Origin: Alphaproteobacteria bacterium
Lineage (GTDB): Bacteria > Pseudomonadota > Alphaproteobacteria > G965222575
NCBI GenBank assembly: GCA_965222575.1
Contig: OZ244958.1
Location: forward strand, 512,001 to 576,000
Direction of reading: 5' to 3'
DNA length: 64,000 nt
Position 1 is the first letter of the stretch, and each line of letters begins with the position of its first letter. Shown here in pieces: positions 59,740 to 64,000 of this stretch. Both the position numbers and the translations under genes were made by a program. The notes under the pieces are model-generated. The model did no database searches, was not told the DNA's origin, and was given only the letters and a program-made list of their open reading frames with translations.

Positions 59740-60567
59740 TCATTCGCAAGCCATACGCTTTTTCTCTTCCATCACCCTGTCCTCCACCACTAACTCTAAC
59801 GGCGCGTGATCCTCCTCTAGCTGTATCAACATCTTACAGGCCTCCTCTCCATGACCAAGACCCTTTAAGCTCATGGCTAACTTCAACAACATATGCGGCG
59901 CTTTCTGGGAGTCAATATAGCTTTTATACCCCTCTAAAAACACCTTTGCCGCTCCACCGTAATCCTGCTGTACATAGTGTGTTTCCCCAAGCCAATACGC
60001 AGCATTAGAGGCTAACGCATGGGTGGGATAAGACGATAAAAAGGCTGAAAAGGCTTCTTTTGCAGCTACAAAATTCAGATTGCGAATGTGATTATAAGCG
60101 TCATTATACAACTCTTCAGGCGGGGGCGGGTGAGCCTGCTCAACAGACTTTCTCTCAGGAGGTGCAGACTCTTCTTCCCTCTTAGGCGCCGGCACAACCG
60201 GTGGCTTTTCCGTTATGGGCATCGCCCTCTCAGGTGAGGCCAATGAGGGTTTCCCCTTTTTTAAGGTGAGTAGTTCGTTTTCTAGCACACCAAGACGCAA
60301 CTCAAGCTTTTGGAGAAACGCTTTCAGCTCTTCGCGTGTTACAAGCGTTTCTTGCAGTGTGCGCTCTAGTGTTTCTATGATAACGCGCTGGTCTTGAGAC
60401 AGAGACTCAAGACGCGTGTACAAAACCTCTAAAGTGGAGGACGGTAAGGCCTCTTCTTGTCCCCATACTACCCCCTCTCCTATGAGAAGAAGACCGACAA
60501 CACACAAAAAAAACTTATGACGCTTGAAATTCAACACTTTGACCACAACCACACTTTGATATTTCAT
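59740..60567 (-). CDS. cpoB: Cell division coordinator CpoB (YbgF)
   Basis: Signal/coiled coil plus TPR: F..FL..YP...LA.NA.YWLGE, KAP..LLKLA.SL...EAC; start uncertain. Confidence 0.9.
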   Translation of the reverse strand: MKYQSVVVVKVLNFKRHKFFLCVVGLLLIGEGVVWGQEEALPSSTLEVLYTRLESLSQDQRVIIETLERTLQETLVTREELKAFLQKLELRLGVLENELLTLKKGKPSLASPERAMPITEKPPVVPAPKREEESAPPERKSVEQAHPPPPEELYNDAYNHIRNLNFVAAKEAFSAFLSSYPTHALASNAAYWLGETHYVQQDYGGAAKVFLEGYKSYIDSQKAPHMLLKLAMSLKGLGHGEEACKMLIQLEEDHAPLELVVEDRVMEEKKRMACE

Positions 60568-60847
60568 TAGGATTCTCGAACACAAAACCTTGCCTAAAAT
60601 CATTGGCTTCAAAGGATATACGAACACCAAGAAGCCACATGACTGATTCTTTAGCTAGGAAAAAAGGAATACCATGAACTGAGACTTTTTCATCCCCCTC
60701 CTCCGGAGAAGAGACAAGGGTCATCTCATACAGAAAGCCAGAACATCCGCCCTTCTTCAAGGATAGACGAAAAGACTTGCCCCCATTGGATTTGAGCAGT
60801 TCTCTCGCGTGCACAAGAGCCGTAGGATTTAAACTCAACACTTCCAT
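60515..60847 (-). CDS. sufA: A-type Fe-S carrier (SufA/IscA)
   Basis: GGCSGFLY, FENPN..CGCGQS. Confidence 0.9.
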   Translation of the reverse strand: MEVLSLNPTALVHARELLKSNGGKSFRLSLKKGGCSGFLYEMTLVSSPEEGDEKVSVHGIPFFLAKESVMWLLGVRISFEANDFRQGFVFENPNEISKCGCGQSVEFQAS

Positions 60848-61224
60848 TATAACCCTGATATCATGCGTGCTTCTTCTGACATTTTCTCCTTACTCCACGG
60901 CGGGTCCCATACCAAGTTGACCGTTACGATACCGACTCCTTTTTGCGCCGCTAATACTTCTGCTACTGACTTTAATAGCTGGTCTGCTACAGGACAGAAC
61001 GGCGTCGTGAGAGTCATCTCCACCTGCACATCCCCTTGCTCCGCTTGAGAGAGGTTATAAATTAACCCCAAATCGTAAACATTCACAGAAAGTTCAGGGT
61101 CTTGTACGGTTTTCAAAGCCCCTACTAATGTCTCTTGAGCCGCTATAGACTCTCCTGCTACTAGCTTCTTGCCTGCTAGAACAGGGGGAAAATCATGATG
61201 AAACATGTCATGGCTTTGTATCAT
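60847..61224 (-). CDS. sufT: SUF Fe-S assembly protein SufT (DUF59)
   Basis: DPELSVNVYDLGLIY, MTLTTPFCP, VWDPPW..MSEEA. Confidence 0.9.
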   Translation of the reverse strand: MIQSHDMFHHDFPPVLAGKKLVAGESIAAQETLVGALKTVQDPELSVNVYDLGLIYNLSQAEQGDVQVEMTLTTPFCPVADQLLKSVAEVLAAQKGVGIVTVNLVWDPPWSKEKMSEEARMISGL

Positions 61225-61688
61225 TGACAGCTTACAACTCCTTTGTATAATCCATGCCAAGCCATTGTAGCACATTTTACACGCATAGGGAAGCGTGAAA
61301 CGCCTCCTAGGGCTTGTAAGTTATGGCGCGCTGCAGGGGGGAGCATGTGAAGGTGGGCGTCTATCTCTTCTGGGGACTGCTCTCCCTTACAAAAAGAGGT
61401 GATTGCTTGCAGAATTGTCTCAACATGACACAACGCAACACCCTGCATCAGTTCAGACATCAAAGACCCAGACGCAACAGAGATAGCGCATCCTTCTGCT
61501 ATTACTCCAATAATGTCCAATGTGGAATCAGGGGGGGGTGAGAGTTTCCCTGTGATGAGAACTTTGTCTCCACAGAGAGGATTGAACGCCTCCTCTTTGA
61601 AGTCTGCATCTTCCACCAAGCGTCTGTTGCGGGGGATTTTACTGTGGTCTAGCAGGATTTCCTGATACATGAAGTCTATGTCATCCAT
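61221..61688 (-). CDS. sufU: SufU (NifU-like sulfur-transfer protein)
   Basis: YQEILLDH, NPLCGD, GCAISVASGSLM, FPMRVKCA. Confidence 0.9.
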   Translation of the reverse strand: MDDIDFMYQEILLDHSKIPRNRRLVEDADFKEEAFNPLCGDKVLITGKLSPPPDSTLDIIGVIAEGCAISVASGSLMSELMQGVALCHVETILQAITSFCKGEQSPEEIDAHLHMLPPAARHNLQALGGVSRFPMRVKCATMAWHGLYKGVVSCQ

Positions 61689-61695
61689 GGCTTGC

Positions 61696-62925
61696 TTAGG
61701 TCTTACTTGATGAGGAGTGAAAAAAGCGGTAGGTTTCTTCTAGGGCTTGAGAGAGGAGGGTGATATGCGGAAGTGTGTTGTAGACGCCAAAGGAAGCGCG
61801 TACTGTTGCGGGGATTTTCAAGCGTTTCATGAAGAGTTGGGCACAGTGGTGACCGGCGCGCACGGCGATATGAAATTTTCCATCTAAGAAAGTTGCAACA
61901 TCGTGGGGGTGAACGCCTTCCATGAGAAAAGAAAGAGAGCCTGACCGATGCTCAGAGTTCGACTTCAGAACACGAATGCCTTTGAGATTGTCTAGGCAGT
62001 TGTGGGCATGAGAGAGAAGGGCTTGGTTATGGTGGGAGATGGTTTCCATGTTCAAAGACTGAAGGTAGGAAATGGCGGCTTTTAGTCCTATGGCTTCAAC
62101 GATAGGGGGAGTCCCGGCTTCAAAGCGTTCTGGCGGGGGAAGGTAAGTGGAAGAGTGAACAGTGACCTCTTCTATCATGCCGCCCCCTCCTCTTACGGGG
62201 GCCATAGTCTTGAGGTATTCCTCGCGTCCCCAAAGAACGCCAATCCCTGTGGGGCCATACATCTTGTGTCCTGAAAAGGCGTAAAAATCTACCCCTAAGG
62301 CTTGTACATCCACAGGAAAATGAGGCACTGCTTGTGTGCCGTCTACCACTACGACTACCCCTCGCTCATGAGCTATGGTCACAATCTCCTCAATAGGCAG
62401 GCGACTGCCAACGACATTAGAGACATGAGTGATGGCTAACACTTTGGTCTTAGCGTTCAAAGACCGCTTGATATCCTCTACTGAGACAAAGCAAGGGTCT
62501 TCTGTTTGGGCTAGCGTAATTGTTGCCCCTATGTCCTTTGCTACCAGTTGCCAAGGAACAATGTTAGAGTGATGCTCCAGAGGGGTTAGTAAAATTTCCG
62601 CTTCTTGACCTTTTTGTAGAGTCTTGCCATAAGAACAGGCTACGAGATTGAGGGCATCTGTTGCGTTGTGCGTGAAGATAATTTCGTTAGGAGACGGGGC
62701 ATTGATAAATTTTGCGACGGCGCACCGCGCTTGGTGATAGGCTTCTGTGGATTCTGCGCTGAGGCGATAGAGTCCTCTTTTGATGTTGGCGTACTGGGTA
62801 GTCATCATATTGGTCATAGCCTCTATCACGCAACGGGGCTTTTGGGCAGACGCTGCGGTGTCAAGGTACACTCCCCCTTTGGGGAAAATCGGAAATTCTT
62901 TTTGGACTTGAAGGAGACTATTCAT
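61696..62925 (-). CDS. sufS: Cysteine desulfurase SufS
   Basis: YLDTAASAQKP, EHHSNIVPWQ, FSGHKMYGPTG, RAGHHCA. Confidence 0.96.
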   Translation of the reverse strand: MNSLLQVQKEFPIFPKGGVYLDTAASAQKPRCVIEAMTNMMTTQYANIKRGLYRLSAESTEAYHQARCAVAKFINAPSPNEIIFTHNATDALNLVACSYGKTLQKGQEAEILLTPLEHHSNIVPWQLVAKDIGATITLAQTEDPCFVSVEDIKRSLNAKTKVLAITHVSNVVGSRLPIEEIVTIAHERGVVVVVDGTQAVPHFPVDVQALGVDFYAFSGHKMYGPTGIGVLWGREEYLKTMAPVRGGGGMIEEVTVHSSTYLPPPERFEAGTPPIVEAIGLKAAISYLQSLNMETISHHNQALLSHAHNCLDNLKGIRVLKSNSEHRSGSLSFLMEGVHPHDVATFLDGKFHIAVRAGHHCAQLFMKRLKIPATVRASFGVYNTLPHITLLSQALEETYRFFHSSSSKT

Positions 62926-64000
62926 GAAGTGCGTCTTCCTGAAAAGTCGCTTGAAAGACCTCCTCAACTGTTTGTTGCAAGGGTTTCCAGTGAGGCTCTT
63001 TTATCAGTGACAAGAAAAACGCTTTTAACAGGACTGTTTTAGCCTGCTTCTGTGGCAACCCTCGGGAAGTAAGATAAAATAAGGCATTGGGGTCTAAGCC
63101 CCCAATGGCTGCACCATGACCACAGCGCACATTATCAGAGGCAATTTCCAAAAAGGGCTTGTTGTAAATCTGTGCCTTATCCCCCTGCACTATACCGCGA
63201 CATGATTGCAACCCATCAACCTCTTCGATGTTCTTTTTCACAAAAATACCCCCTTGAAACACACTCTTAGAAGAGTCAAGGCCTATGATTTTACAGTGCT
63301 GGCGGCTCTGTGTTTGCGAGGCGTTATGGTGGACATTGTTCAAAAAAGCTAAGGCGGCATCCTCTTGGGCTAACGCCACTTGTTGATAGTCACAAACTGC
63401 CTCTTTCCCTTCTAACACAGTGCTAACGCGTATTAAGCTCTGGGGAGACCCAACGCCAAAGGCTTTGTGATAAAATGTTCCCCTCTCCCCAACGGACACC
63501 TCCGCAGAATAAGAAATCACGCAATTGCTATGGCGCGTTTGTTGGACGCTACTGTGTACCACCGCCCCTTCTTCCAGCACAACCCGCATACAGACATTTA
63601 AGCCATCACCTCCTTGGGCAGGGTCTAAAATTTCCATCAGATGTAAACAGCTTCCCTTGCCAACGACAATTTCATGACACAGACTGCCCTCGCCCTTGTA
63701 TTGTAAAGTGACCTCTGCCTCCGCCCCTGCCTTGAGTGAGAACCGCTCTCCTCCCCCCAACACCCCTAGTGACCAGAACATATCCTTTGAAACAACGTCT
63801 TCTAAAAACTGACTGTGCGCCAAGGGGGCTCTCGAGAGGCGGTTTCCTTCCGAGTAGAGTGTTTGTGCGCTATCAGGGGCTTCCTTCCATTGCTTCAGCA
63901 GTCGACTAAGCTGTGCAAGCCGTACATAACGCCATTGCTCCTCTTTCACAGACGGAAACGATAAACGAGACAGGGACTTATAGGCATGGGTTTTCAGTTC
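62918..64000 (-). CDS. sufD: Fe-S assembly protein SufD (5' end outside the window)
   Basis: Frame open to the window edge; FPSVKEEQWRY, VFQG, KPFLEI..DNVRCGHGA, LFYL.SRG. Confidence 0.9.
   Translation of the reverse strand, partial: ELKTHAYKSLSRLSFPSVKEEQWRYVRLAQLSRLLKQWKEAPDSAQTLYSEGNRLSRAPLAHSQFLEDVVSKDMFWSLGVLGGGERFSLKAGAEAEVTLQYKGEGSLCHEIVVGKGSCLHLMEILDPAQGGDGLNVCMRVVLEEGAVVHSSVQQTRHSNCVISYSAEVSVGERGTFYHKAFGVGSPQSLIRVSTVLEGKEAVCDYQQVALAQEDAALAFLNNVHHNASQTQSRQHCKIIGLDSSKSVFQGGIFVKKNIEEVDGLQSCRGIVQGDKAQIYNKPFLEIASDNVRCGHGAAIGGLDPNALFYLTSRGLPQKQAKTVLLKAFFLSLIKEPHWKPLQQTVEEVFQATFQEDALHE

Overview
Core-genome window from an alphaproteobacterium that looks streamlined and is probably host-associated. 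The assignment is inferred from synteny (ftsK-lolA, rimP-nusA-infB-rbfA-truB-rpsO-pnp, acpP-fabF-mltG, cpoB-tilS-ftsH-folP-glmM-thiD) and from the alpha-type dcd and serC. It holds about 55 protein genes, 3 tRNAs (Ser-GCT, Asn-GTT, Ile2-CAT), a five-step hut cluster with a frameshifted hutU, partial putA, a suf cluster, prfB with its programmed +1 frameshift, and several orphans (DUF4402-like, phage BppU-like, CesT-type T3SS chaperone, merT/merP). No transposase, intact prophage or CRISPR was seen. Two features are not explained by gene content. (1) Four large G-rich tandem arrays (55-81 bp units) and several small duplications, most copying a gene start or stop region into the neighbouring intergenic space. 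(2) A kb-scale sawtooth GC skew, independent of gene orientation, whose abrupt C-rich to G-rich flips coincide with the arrays. The skew was judged by eye and needs computing. Products were assigned from recognised motifs and synteny, not from database searches.
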